Positions 1 through 12,005 of a DNA stretch of 64,000 nt are shown in pieces; within the stretch, counting starts at the first letter, position 1; each line of letters opens with the position of its first letter. The DNA comes from the human T2T-CHM13v2.0 reference genome, Homo sapiens: NCBI RefSeq assembly GCF_009914755.1, contig NC_060938.1, one strand, 5' to 3'. Below the pieces are notes generated by a model. It saw nothing but the letters and a program-made list of their open reading frames with translations. It was not told where the DNA came from and did no database searches. Position numbers and translations under genes: made by a program.

Positions 1-1552
1 GGTTAGTTGTTGGGTCCTCAGTTTCCAAAAAAGCCGGGCAGTTCTGATGGCCTCTGCCCCTCGCCCAAGCCCTGTGCCTCCCTCCTCAAAGTGGGCATCC
101 TGCAGCCCAGCTGAGCCAGGCCGAAGGACCTCCATGCACTGGCTCGGGGGCCTCTCTCGGGACACTCAGCACTTTCTCTAGCGTCCTCCATCTCACTGGG
201 CAGAGGACAGCCCGGAAGCCTTTTTCACTTTTTCAAAGTAAACTGCTATCTTAAGACACAAAAACATACTTGTGGGGGCTGATGCCTCTCACCCAGCACC
301 CCACATCTTCCAGGACTGCAGAGGCTTCTCCCCAACCCTTTTCTCTGCGGAGGGGGCTGCCTGGATCAGGGGTCAGACGGCAGAGCCAGTGCTTTGCTGC
401 CAAGGTGATGGGGTGAGTCTGAGGTGTGCAGAAGCTATGGGGGGCGGGTGGCTCCCTGGCACCTGCTGGCTCAGTGCTTGGGGCTTGCAATGAGAGGTGG
501 ACCAGGCCTGCTGGGTGAGGAGGGACCCAGCAGGTGTGAAAAGGAGTGAACCCACTGGGAAGAGGGCCCCGATCTCCATGGTGTCATGCCGAGGCTCCCG
601 CGCCTATCCTCACCTAGGTGACTTTATGGAAAGGCAGGCTGCATCCCAGGGGTTAGGGCACAAAGCCAGCCCTGTGGTGCTCTCTGATCTCAAATGTCCA
701 CTAGAGACGAGGGGGTGGAGGCCCAAAGACCTGGAATGATTTGCCCAAATCACAGCACAAATCCTCAGCACAGGCGCCATCGGCTCGGGCCTCCAGCCAG
801 GCAGCCTCCTTCCCGGGCTCCAGGGAGCAGCAGTGCTGGCTTAGGGGAAGGAGACCGCTGTGCAGGGCTAAATGGGACGTGTGTTGGGGGGCCCGGAGGA
901 CGCCCAGCTTCCTTTCCTTCCCTTTAGTGAGGGAGCACAGCCCAGACCCCAGCGCGGAACTCCCCTGAGGGGTCTGTGGCCTCCTCTGGCTGTGGGGAGG
1001 GAGGGGTTAGCTGCACACCAGGCAGGGTGGGGGCTAACAAAGCCTTGGTGGAGACCAGTAGGAGGAAAAACAAGGAAGGGGCAGGTCAGGGAGTGGGGAG
1101 TCAGGCAGAAGGGAAGCCACTCTCACACGCACTGATCAGCCTCCCACAGCCCGACATGGGCAGGCTTCCCCCAAGGGTCCCAGTCCACAGTGGCCATGGA
1201 GACCAACAGACAGGGATGTGCACAGACACTGGCATGGCAGCCATACGCACACCCCTCACCTCCCATCCAGACCTAGTGTTGCAAACACAAGCGTGTGTAA
1301 ACTCAGTTAGGAGGTCTGCACAGTAGAGAGCAGGCGGACGGCCCCACTCCCCAACGGTGGACCACCTGGTACTCTCTTCCATCCCCCACTACCCCTCATT
1401 TAGATCATGACATCAGAGAATCAGGTTAAAAATTAAAAAACAGAAGAATCAGATCACTGGGGATTCTTAGTAGTAGCATCGCCGTTGGGAGCTGCTGGCC
1501 CAGCGGGTGTGCTCTGCGCCCTGCGCTGCCCCTCTGGGTCCCGGCTCCGTGG
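1..1552 (-). other. ITPK1: 3' UTR of the ITPK1 terminal exon (continues beyond the left edge)
   Basis: Directly follows the TAG stop at 1553-1555. I saw no minus-strand AATAAA (tttatt on +) in 1-1552, so cleavage is presumably further left. Confidence 0.85.
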
Positions 1553-1896
1553 CTACTGGGAGGAGGCCTTGGTGGCCAGGGAGGCCACACAATGCTGCTG
1601 GAAGCTGGGCGACACGCCGGCGTTGCAGCCGAGTCTCTGGTGCGGCAGCTTGGCGGTGCCGCCCGCGTCGGCCTCAGCCTTCCAGGGCGCGTCCTGGCCC
1701 ATCATGCTGCCGCAGCAGCCGGGGCTGGCGCTGCATGTCCGCTCGCCCACCAGGCCGCCCGCCGGCTCGGCCAGAAGCTTGCTGTGCCTCAGCAGGGCCA
1801 CGTCCCCTGTGGCTGCCATGGCTGTGCTCTGGCCCTGCAGGACAGTGGCGATGTGGTTCAGGAGGTCTGTGAAGAACTCGCTCACGCCCTCGTAGC
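1553..1896 (-). CDS. ITPK1: ITPK1 last coding exon (exon 11): (G)YEGVSEFFTDLLNHIATVLQ...ATKASSQ*
   Basis: Acceptor CTCTCTCCCACCCCCAG|GC at 1897-1898. Phase 1 completes the AFPGY motif. 344 nt to TAG at 1553-1555; matches ORF 1553..1942. Confidence 0.97.
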
Positions 1897-4800
1897 CTGG
1901 GGGTGGGAGAGAGACAGCACAAGGGGCGTGAGCCAGGGGCACGCATCATGCAGGGAGGAGGAGGAGGAGGCAGAACCGATGGGCTCCTGGGATGAGGCAG
2001 GGTGTGCTGTCAGCGTCCCATTTACAGAGAAAACGTGAGGCTCAGCAGATAAGGGGGGCTGAGGGGAGTCAAAAAGCTTGGACGCCCAACCAGGTGCGTG
2101 CTCCTCGACCTTCAGCTGTTGCCAGGGTGTGAGAAGCTGAAGAACCTGAGCTGAGGATGAAACTTGCTTGTCCCTGTTCCTCTCAGGCACAGCTCCACTG
2201 TCTCACCCACCCATCCACTTGCATGGTAAAAGCCAGTACATGTGCAGGGGATGTTGGCGTGGCTGGAGGTAGCAGCACCAAAGCCAGCTCCACACACTTG
2301 GAGTAATAAATACTCCTGAGGCCCAGCTGAGTCTGGCCTCAGGCTGAGTCCCGGAGACCGCTTCCACCCTGAGCCTCAGCTTCCCTGTCTGCAAACTGAG
2401 AAGAGAAGGCTGCCGCCCAGGTGGAGGCTGCTGTGGCACTACTGAGAGAGGCTGGGATGTGAGTGGTGTCTGCTTCACAAAGCAGCTGCCGCCCCAACTG
2501 AGTCTGCTTCCTTCTCACCACAAAATACCTGCAGGGAGGCCCCCTGTGTCCCATTCTCTGAGGATCACAGCCAAGGAACGGAAATGCTGGGCATCACTAG
2601 CAACATCCAGGCCTGAGACAAGCTCCAGGGCGCAGCATCACATGCTCCCCTTAACAGAGGGGAACAGAACAGAAACCATGGTACCTGCCTGGGGCAAGTG
2701 CTTCCTAACACAGTTGCGAACATCGGCAGAGCCCTCGGGAGCCACCAAGCAGGTTTCGGATCTCAGGGGAGGATTCTGCTGGCTCCCAGCAAACTGCTCC
2801 AAAAGAGACTCACACAGGGCAAGCGCCCTGCCTGCCTGAGCCAACTTGGAGGGGCGGGAGTTTTCAAAAACCCTGGGCTGTCCTCTGGGACAACATTTAC
2901 AACCATCAGCCCCACCAGGGTGGGAATGAAGGTTCAGACGGGGGCACCCTGTGCCACCTCTTACAGTGCCCAGGGGCCTGGAAGATGAGACTGCTGAATC
3001 TGCCCATGCCCTTACTTATTCAGCAAACAACTGCTGTGGTTTGAGGAAGCCCAAGTCTGAGAGGGGATGCAGGTGCCCGCGGTGGAAATAAAGATGGCTA
3101 TTCTGGCCGGCAAGCGGCGCCTCCCGAGCTGGCACTGTGCGAGCGTCCCGCAACATCCTCTCGCCTAATCTTCATAATGCTGTCCCCAGTTTACAGATGA
3201 GGAGGCATGACCGTTAACCACCACGGGGAGGGCAGTGATGACGTCCATGGCGTTCACAGCACTCGGGAAGTAGCAGCCACTGGGCTGTGAGCGCCACGGT
3301 CCTCAGCCCACCGCACCCCTGCAGCCCGTTTCACAGGTGAGGACCCTGAGGCTCAAGGTGGCTCCTAAGAGGCAGAGTGGGATCTGAAGGACGCCCTTGG
3401 TCTTGTGTGTGTCTTGAATACCACATGGTGCCAGGTCCCCCACCATAGGACCCGGGGTGTCCGTCGGCCCTGGGCTAGGCCTGGAGGGCAGGGTAGGTGT
3501 CCCGGGCACGGGCATGGCTGTTGGGTGCCTAGGGAGAAATGCAGTGGAGGAGCTCCACCATCAGGTCAGCGCCAGGGAACAGGGAGCCATTCTCCAGCAA
3601 CCTCCTCCAGCATCCCCAGACAACGCCCAGTGGCCCAGGGCAGGGAGGCCGCTTTCTGTGGTGGTGCAGAGACGGCTGCCTCCACGGAGGCCTGAGGATA
3701 AACAGGAGCTCGGGGAGCGGACTGAGGCATGAACCTGCAGGGCAGGGTGCCAGCTCCATACCAGCACTGTGCAAAAGCCATCTCCTCTGTCTGCAGGGTG
3801 GGAAACTGGTTCCCACTGCAGTGAACACTGAGACTTAAACGTTAGGTGGCTTGTGCCATCACAGACTGTAAAGGCAGAGGCAAGATTCGAACCCATGGCT
3901 GGAGCTGAGAGGTGGAAAGGCTGGGGCTGACAGTCTGGGCCCCATCCAGCTCCACCACGTGACTTTGGACAAGCCACTCAACCCCCAGCCTCACATTCTT
4001 ATCAGCAACACAGAGATTCCAGCGGCCCTTTGCACAACGCCTCGTGAGGACGAAGTGAGGCGTCGGGGCAGGCCTGGCTCACGGTGTCATCAGCGCTTGC
4101 AGCTGTTGCGGTTATTACTCCAGAGCCAGCCCCTCTCTGGAGGGGCCCTCTCCCAGGCCTCTCCCACCCACGTGCTGCTGGACACCCATGGCCCAAGGTG
4201 CCTCCTGTGGGGTGCAGGAGAACAGGCCTGCTGCTCTGCTTGGCCCCAAAAGGGTGCTCTATGGTAAGGCGGACACACTGAGCTATCTCCCGGGGAACCA
4301 GCTCTGCCCTGCCAGAGCCCTGGGCCTCTCCTCAGTACCAGGCTCCCTCACCAGTCTCCGCCAGGCTCAGCCATAGTCCCACCCCATCTGGGTGGCCCTT
4401 CTCTTGGCTTCTCTGGAAGAACCCTCCCTGTCCACACTGGCTCACAGTGCCCCACACTGACTCACAAGGCCATCCCTTATCTGCACCCATAGATCGCGAC
4501 CATCTACACATTTTGTGTTGGGAGGCACTGGCCTTGCTCAGGTGCAAAGCTTCCCACCCTCTCCTGTCTCCTCCCTCCTTCCAGAACTTCTCTTCTAACA
4601 GGCCTCCCTGTGCCCCCCTGGCCCTCCAGCCACTGACGTTGTCCCCTTTTCATTCTGCCACTCAAAACATGCTCCGTGGTTTAGATCCCACACTTCCTTA
4701 TCCTGAACGTCCCTTGCATTATCCTGAATGTCCCTTGCGCCCTGGTTCCCTCATACCTGCCAGCAAAACCCCATGAAATCCCAGCTCCAGCTAAACCCAT

Positions 4801-5919
4801 GGTTTCCTCCCCACTGCACCCAGAGGCAATGGAGAAAAACACGATCGTCGCACGGGTCTGCCCTTTCAGTTCACAAGCACAGATCTCACGGTGGCTGCTC
4901 CCCGACTCCCAGGGAGAGCTCCAACGTCCTCAGTTCACCACACGCAGCTCCCCTGACTCTGTCCTCCAGCCTTCCTGCCCCGCAGCTGCACCTGCTGTAG
5001 CCACAGGGCTCCACGGTGCCTCTCCTGGGACCTGCCCCTGTGCTCCAGTGTCACCACCTCACAGAGGAGCCCGCTGACCGCCCGCTCTGTCCTCCGCCTC
5101 CTCCAGACAGGGGTGAGCTCTCCCCAGGCAGGGCATGGCAGTGGAGCTCAAGCTGCATCAGCATCTGGACCAGCTGGGACACACAGCAGCCCTGGGCGAC
5201 AGCAGCCCTGGGTAAACACCAGCTGAATGACAGGAGCCAGCACACTCCTCTGAGCCTTGGCTTCCTTGCTGTGGCCGGTGCTGCTGACTGCGCCTGCGCA
5301 TGCTCTCAGACGAGCGGAGGTGACACACACAGAAAGTGCCCAGCCAGTGTGTGGGGCCAAGGTCCTGCCTCACCTCCACGATAAACAACCCCGAGTCCCC
5401 ACCTGCCAGGCACAGTCTCTGAAGGCAGGAGGCATTTCCTGAACGTTTTTGCACCTCAGCAGCTAGCAAGGCTGGCTTCACCTCCACAGCAGATGCTTTA
5501 CAAGGGTCAGGATGGAGAAAGGAACGGGGGACCCCCATCTGGGGAATGGCAGGCACCAAGGCATCAAGCGCGGCTCTGTCTCTGAGCTGCTGCGGGAGGT
5601 AAACAAGCCACTGAGCCTTGGTGTCCCCAGGGCGAGGCACGCAGCCTGGTGACCGCGAGCTGTGATGTCACACCATCGTTCCTCATGCCCTGTGCTGGGG
5701 CTCTGCTCCTGCGGTCCCCATAGGGCCCCTCACTGAGAGCTGAGGGGCACATGGCAGAGCCTGGCTCAATGCCAGTGGGTTCCTAGGGCCCAGCTGGCAG
5801 CAGGGAACAGACTCCATAGCCCAGGGCTCCTCCCCAGGCCTCTGCCCGGCGCTGCAGTTCAGGGTGGTGGAGGCAACGTGAGCCTGGGAGTCTCTGGCCT
5901 GCCACCAATGTGCTGTGGG

Positions 5920-6010
5920 GCCTGAACAGCTTCCTCCTCTCTAGGGCCTCAGTTTCCCAACATGTAAACTGCAGGGGGCTGTAATCCCTTCAAGGTCCTT
6001 CCTGCTCCTT
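5920..6010. mobile_element. MIR/MIR3 SINE fragment
   Basis: Core motif ggcctcagtttcccaacatgtaaa followed by ttcaaggtccttcctgctc. Confidence 0.6.
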
Positions 6011-6322
6011 AAATCGAGGAGGGCCTGGGGGAGGGGCTGATCCACCAATGACGCAGGTGGAGAGAGGAGGTGAGGGACATGCGTGCTGTGGCCACTGTGC
6101 CTGGCGCTCCCCAGGTGGACGTGCAGCTCTCCCTCCCTCCTCGCACACCCCGTAAGCCCATCGCGCAGGTGAGGCTGAGGCTTCTCGGGGCTGCACCTCC
6201 CCGGACCTCGTGGTGAGGGAGAAAGCTGGCTTTCTGGCCTCAGTCACCCCGCCTCACCTGCCTGGTCACCTGAGGACAGTCTCTGGAGGCCGGTCAGTGG
6301 AGGTGGCCTGGCCGCCACTCAC

Positions 6323-6485
6323 CTGGGAAGGCATTGATGTCAATGACGGCGTGCTGCCCTGTCTGGTTGTTGATGATGATGTCGATGCCGAAGAGTGACA
6401 CGCCCAGTGCCTGCCGCAGGGCCCGGGAGAGCTCCCGGATGACCTCGTCGCTCGGCCGCTCGAACACGCCCTCGATCTTGTCCAG
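6323..6485 (-). CDS. ITPK1: ITPK1 exon 10: LDKIEGVFERPSDEVIRELSRALRQALGVSLFGIDIIINNQTGQHAVIDINAFP(G)
   Basis: Acceptor TTGGCAG|CTG, donor CAG|GTGAGT, 163 nt. Carries the metal-binding ATP-grasp motifs FGID and IDINAFPG (D281, D295, N297). Confidence 0.97.
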
Positions 6486-7439
6486 CTGCCAACATACACA
6501 AGGAAGTCAGGCCATGGGCCGAGGAGCTGCGAAGCCACACCACACAGACAGACCCCCCACACCAGCTGCCACGAGGCCCTGGCATGCTTCAGGCCAGGAA
6601 GCCAGACAGACCTACTGTGGTGAGCACGGGGCGGCCACTGGCCAGGTCCTGCCCTCTGAGGGCCGCCAGGCACGAGGTGTGTGAGGCTCATTACCTCCTG
6701 TGGGCTCATCACAGCCTGGAAGGCCAGTGCCAGCACTGCACATTACACACAGGGAAACCGGAGCTCAGAGAGGGTTGGGGCTGGTCTAAAGTCACACAGC
6801 TCAAAAGCACAGGGCAGAATTTGGACCCATATTTTTTAGCCTCTAAAACCAAAGCCTTTTAACAGGGAGGAAGGAGATGGAGAGTGTGTCAGGGACCCGG
6901 GAAGACATGGTGCAGAGCACCGAAGCCGGAACTTGGAGGCAGGAGGATGTGGGCCCCTGGGAGGGGTGGGAGAAGGAGAGCGGCCCCAGGGAGGACACAG
7001 GGGAGGCAAAGGTGCTGAGGCCAGCAGCTGCGGGACATGGCTAGGAGCAGCTGGGGCGCAGAGCCGGGCACAAGTGAGGAGTTCTGATCAGACCCCCACT
7101 TGCCTGCCATCACAGAGACCCCCAAGGAGGTGAGGGTGAGGGCCCTGTGGCCCAGCAGGCCAGTCTTCCTTCCCAAAAAATGCTGTTTCCAAATGAACTC
7201 ACACCCTAAACAATGCGGGCTCCCCAGAGAGGCTGCTCTGCTGCTCCTGCCTGCCTCCTGGGGTCCAAGCTCAGCTTTCCTCAAGGTTTCCATGTGCTGG
7301 TCAGGCCACCCTGCTCTGTTCTCCCTCCCAGCCCGGCACTCCCCTCTGCCACTCAAGTCCTGTGCCTGTCGCAGCTGGCCTGGGACAGGCACACACTGTC
7401 ATGGGCTCAGCCTGCCCCCAGCCAAGGCCTCCAAGGAAG

Positions 7440-7625
7440 TGGGGCACTGCACTGGGAAGGATTCTGGAGTCAGAGAGACGTGGGTTCCAAACCTGACAGT
7501 GAACTCCTAGCTCTGTGGACTTCGGAAACAGTACTTGGCCTCTCTGTCTCAGGTTTGCTCTTCTGTAAAAGGAAGCAACAGGCCTCCATCTCAGACTTAT
7601 GTTGATAAGGTGTGGACAGCATGTG
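7440..7625 (+). mobile_element. MIR SINE
   Basis: tctggagtcagagagacgtgggttccaaacctgac...cttggcctctctgtctcaggtttgctcttctgtaaaagg. Confidence 0.65.
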
Positions 7626-7825
7626 CCCGGCTGGGAGGAGATTCATCTGAATTCTAGGGCAGGAACTGCATCCCGTCTCCTCTAAATCAGCCAAGGGAGG
7701 GCTCACACTAGGTGCTCAATAAATAGTGAAGTTTTGGGGGTTGTGGGCTTAGGGGCCAAAGGGGAAGGGAGTGGCTGATCCATGAAAGACAAAAGTGAAG
7801 CTGGGTTCAAAAGCTGGAGATGGAA

Positions 7826-8350
7826 TAACCATCTGACCTGGCAGTTCTGCTCCGGGGTACACACCCCAGAGCTGAGAACGTGTACTCAAACGGATGCTGT
7901 CCACCCACGCTCACCGTGGTGTTATTCATACCCCAGCGTGCATCCACAGATGAACAGCTACAAAAACTGGTCTATCCATACGACGGAATATTGTACAGCC
8001 ATAAAAAGGAATGAACTTCTGACATATGCCACAAAGCGGAGGAACCCTGAATACATCATGCTGAGTGCAGGAACCCAGACACAAAAGCTCATATATTGTG
8101 TGATTCCATTTCTACGGAATATCTAGGACAGGTAACGCCACAGAGACAGCAACGAGCTCAGCGGCTGCCAATAACATGAGGTGGGGGAAATGGGGAGTGA
8201 GTGCCGGTGGGCCCAGGGTTTTCTTCTCAGTGATGAAAATGTTTTGGAACCAGATAGAGGTGGTGATTGGACAACACTGTGAAGGTACTAATTGCCACTG
8301 AATTATTCGCTTTAAAATGGTTAATCTTATGTATGTGAATTTACCTCAAT
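7826..8350 (+). mobile_element. L1MB-type LINE-1 3' end
   Basis: Typical L1M 3' motifs: cagccataaaaaggaatgaa, tgtgattccattt, gtgatgaaaatgttttggaac, tttaaaatggttaat. A-tail resumes at 8640-8651 after an Alu insertion. Confidence 0.85.
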
Positions 8351-8628
8351 TTTATTTTATTTAGAGACAATGTTTCACTCTGTCACCCAGGCTGGAGTGT
8401 AGTGGTGCAATCACGGCTCACTGCAGCCTTGAACTCCTGGGCCTCAGCCTCTGGGGTAGCTGGGACTACAGGCGTGTGCCACCATGCCTGGCTAATTTTA
8501 TTTGTTTTTTGTAGGGACAGGGTCTCACTATCTTTCCCAGGCTGGTCTCAAACTCCTGGCCTCAAGTAATCCTCCCTCCTTGGCCTCCCAAAATGCTGGG
8601 ATTACAGGTGTGAGCCGCTGTGCCAGGT
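8351..8628 (-). mobile_element. AluJ-type SINE inserted in the L1 tail
   Basis: Alu dimer with J-type features and a short internal deletion. TSD-like acctcaatt (8343) / acctgaatt (8631). Confidence 0.9.
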
Positions 8629-8769
8629 GCACCTGAATTAAAAAAAAAAAAGTGAAAGCAGATCGACAGGGCTGGGGACAGAGCCCTGGTCACCAAGAAA
8701 AATGGCCCTTACCCAAGCACAGGAGGCTGAAGTAACCACTGGGAACTTCCAGGGAGGGAAGCGCTGAGC

Positions 8770-8928
8770 AGGGACCCACGCCCGGGCGCCGCCCACGCTC
8801 CGAGGGACCCATGCCCGGGCACCACCCACGCTCCAAGTCCGGGCGCCGCCCACGCTCCGAGGGACCCACACCCGGATATCACCCACGCTCTGAGGGACCC
8901 ACGCCTGGATATCACCCACGCTCTGAGG
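8770..8928. repeat. GC-rich 33-bp minisatellite, about 4.7 copies
   Basis: Units start at 8770, 8803, 8836 (24-bp truncated), 8860 and 8893. Consensus agggacccacgcccgg(gcgccg/atatca)cccacgctc(c/t)g. Confidence 0.92.
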
Positions 8929-9076
8929 CCTACACCAGCGCATCTCCCACCCCGGCTTTGCAGGACACACAGGGCCCCCCTGCTCACAGCCTCAAGGCCT
9001 TGGTGTCGTATCTGGAAGAAATACTTTCTAGGGGGCAGGAGTGGCCTGGCTGTAAGAGACACTCATCCCTTAGCAC

Positions 9077-9443
<367 letters not shown>

Positions 9444-11937
9444 TAAGCCTAGTGGGGCAGCTCAGCCACTCATCCTGCAGCCCAAGGCCCTCACTGAGTC
9501 AGAGAGACCCTGGTGGATACCTTGGAGCTGCCCACTCTCCACTGTGTACCCTAAGCCATAACAGAACCCTTCTGGGCCTTGTTTTCTTGCCCCAGTAAAT
9601 GGGGTAATAAAAACATCTCGCTGTGAGATTGTGGTGCCGACGACGGGAGGAGCTGCTGCCTCAGGCTGACAGCACAGGCCCAGCAGCAAGGGAGCTTGGC
9701 TGCTGCACTGCCACACGCCCCATGGCACGCCATTTACAAAAGTGCTCTCGGCCTGGTTGCAGAATCTCAGAAATCCTTCCGAAGTTGTCTGGTTATCCAA
9801 AACCAAATAGCCATCCTAGGACAAGATGCCTGGGGCCCTCAAAGCAAGTGATCTGATGACGTTCTGGAAAGCAAGGAGGTGACAGAGGAACTGGGAAGGC
9901 GTTCATGGGTCCCCAGTGGGCCTCGGCACCCGGCTGCCGAGACCGTGCCCATACTGCACACCTGGCAACTGCGGTGGGTGCTTCTCACCCAGGAACTCCC
10001 TGGACTCCGGAATCCTTCTGGGGCAGGAAGAAGAAACCAAGGCTCAGAGAGGCGACGCGACTCGCCTTAGCTTGGGCCGGACCCCAGGCAGTCCCGTCAG
10101 AGTCTGTGCTCTTAACTAATACCCTAGACTGAATTTCGAAAAGCAAAAAATGTATGGGGCCCTCCAAGTTCGGTGGGGCTAGGCCCATCCGCAGGGGCAT
10201 CCCACTGGGAAGGGAGGGGGTGCTTTAAGGCCAGAGGAGGGCTTCCTGCACCAGACTCCCAGGGAGGCCAAGGCAGGACTGGAGGAGCCCCAGGTGGGCA
10301 GGGGCAGGTGGATGAGCAGCAAGCGTGTTTCCGCACCTGGGAACAGAGCTGGCTCTGTCAGGCCAGCCTGCGGGCGTCCAGGAGGGGCTGATGTCCCAGT
10401 GGAAAAGGTGGTGCTGACCGCATTTCTCTTTTCTATTTTTGGAAATCGTCAGTCCTGGCAGATTCCTGACTAGCAGCCATGTGCTGAGGGAAGGAGGAGG
10501 TGACTGCAGACCTCAGAGGTGAAGGGAAGGGCCCTGCAGTGTCTCTAGGCTGACCCCTTCCCGTTTTACAGATGAGGAGATTAAGGCTGAGGTCAACAAG
10601 TGATAATCCAAGACAGTGACTTCTGGATGGGTCCTTCTGCCATCACGGCTGCTGGCCTTGCCCCTGAGAGGACACTCAGTCTGCAAATGCCAAATCCCCT
10701 CCATTGCATGGGCTGCCGAGGCCCCCAGAGCAAAGCCATGCACGGAAGAAGCCCCAGGATTCTGAAGCTTAGAAGAAAGCCGTCTCTTGCACAGAACATC
10801 TCATAATATTCTCAGCCAGGCACTGAGGCTCTGTTGAAATCTGTTCCCAAAGCCTGATATGTTCCCAGGGGACATGTGTCAACATCCTGAGGGATGGCGA
10901 TGTTCCCTCCAGGTCCTGCCCACGCCTGTGCTCTGTCTAATCCTCAGCACACTGCTGGCTCCTCAGAGGACCCTGACACAAAAGACAGACAGACAGACAG
11001 GCCATCTGGGTTCTGGGGCAGCCCCCCGAGGGACACGAGCACTGCCACTGGAGTGGAGGCTGGTTCGTTGGAGAGGCCAGCCCAGGACAGGGAGGAAGAG
11101 ACCAGCAAAGCCCCCCAGAAGAGCAGCACACATGCATCCTCAGAACAGCAGGCTCCCTGGCAGAGGGCTCTTGAGTTTAGGGAAGTAGCCGCTGGCTCTC
11201 TGGACTTCGGGCAAACAGCAGAGGGTAGCCTTTCCTAAATTCTTTGGGGTCAGGTGCTCAGGAATCACTGGTGAGGTCAGAAGTCCTAAATTCCTGGAAG
11301 ATCCAACTTTGGAGTCAGACAGATCTGGGGTCAAACCCCAGCCTTGCACCGTGTGAACAGCCTTGTGAACGTGCAAAGATCACTGAGCCTCTCTGATGCC
11401 ATGAGACCTGATTGCGACCCGCACTGCAGGGCACCTGGGCTGACACTGGCCACAGCAACACTCACTGAACGGCCAGAACGCCCGTTACCCATAGTGCTGG
11501 GGGCAGGGTAACACTCCTGCCAGCCTCAGGACCACTGCAGGACAAAGGACTGAGATGGTGCTGCCTCCACAGCCTTTTTGAAAATCAGGAACAAGGCAGA
11601 TTAGAGAGCAGTTCTTCCAATTCCTCATGCTGGGAGAAGGGTCAGCACACCTTCTGTGTGGGCAGCTTGCAGTGAGTGGTCTGTCCCTGCAAGCCCAGTG
11701 TGCCCCTCACCTCTCCCTGTGCTGGGCCGGGCTGCAATGGCTGCTAGCATGAAAACTCGAAGCAAGCAGAGGAACAGGGGGCTCTGGAACCTCCTGGGGC
11801 CTGTGGCATGGAGGCAAACGTCCTTCCCACCCTACCCTGCTGGAGAGCTTGGCCAAGGACCCCATGGCCACAGCAGCCCACACCTAGGCCCACGGGAGGG
11901 CAGTTTCAGGCCAGGCCATCCCAGCAGAGGGACCCAC

Positions 11938-12005
11938 CTCCGTCAGGACCGATGACGACTCCGGCTTTGACACGTTGTGGCTGTTGAAGAAGATGGACTC
12001 ACGGT
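11938..12005 (-). CDS. ITPK1: ITPK1 exon 9: (D)RESIFFNSHNVSKPESSSVLTE
   Basis: Acceptor GCTTTTTCAG|AC, donor GAG|GTGGGT, 68 nt, phase 1-0. Confidence 0.96.

Noticed and set aside
1454-1555. 32 open codons (PRSRDPEG...TKNPQ-TGA) after the ITPK1 TAG, suggesting stop readthrough
   Set aside because: The context TAG-CCA is not a known efficient readthrough motif (TGA-CTAG), and an open run this long is expected in GC-rich sequence.
1485-2038. Several overlapping antisense and alternate-frame ORFs over the last exon
   Set aside because: Explained by high GC content and stop-poor coding sequence; no recognisable product.
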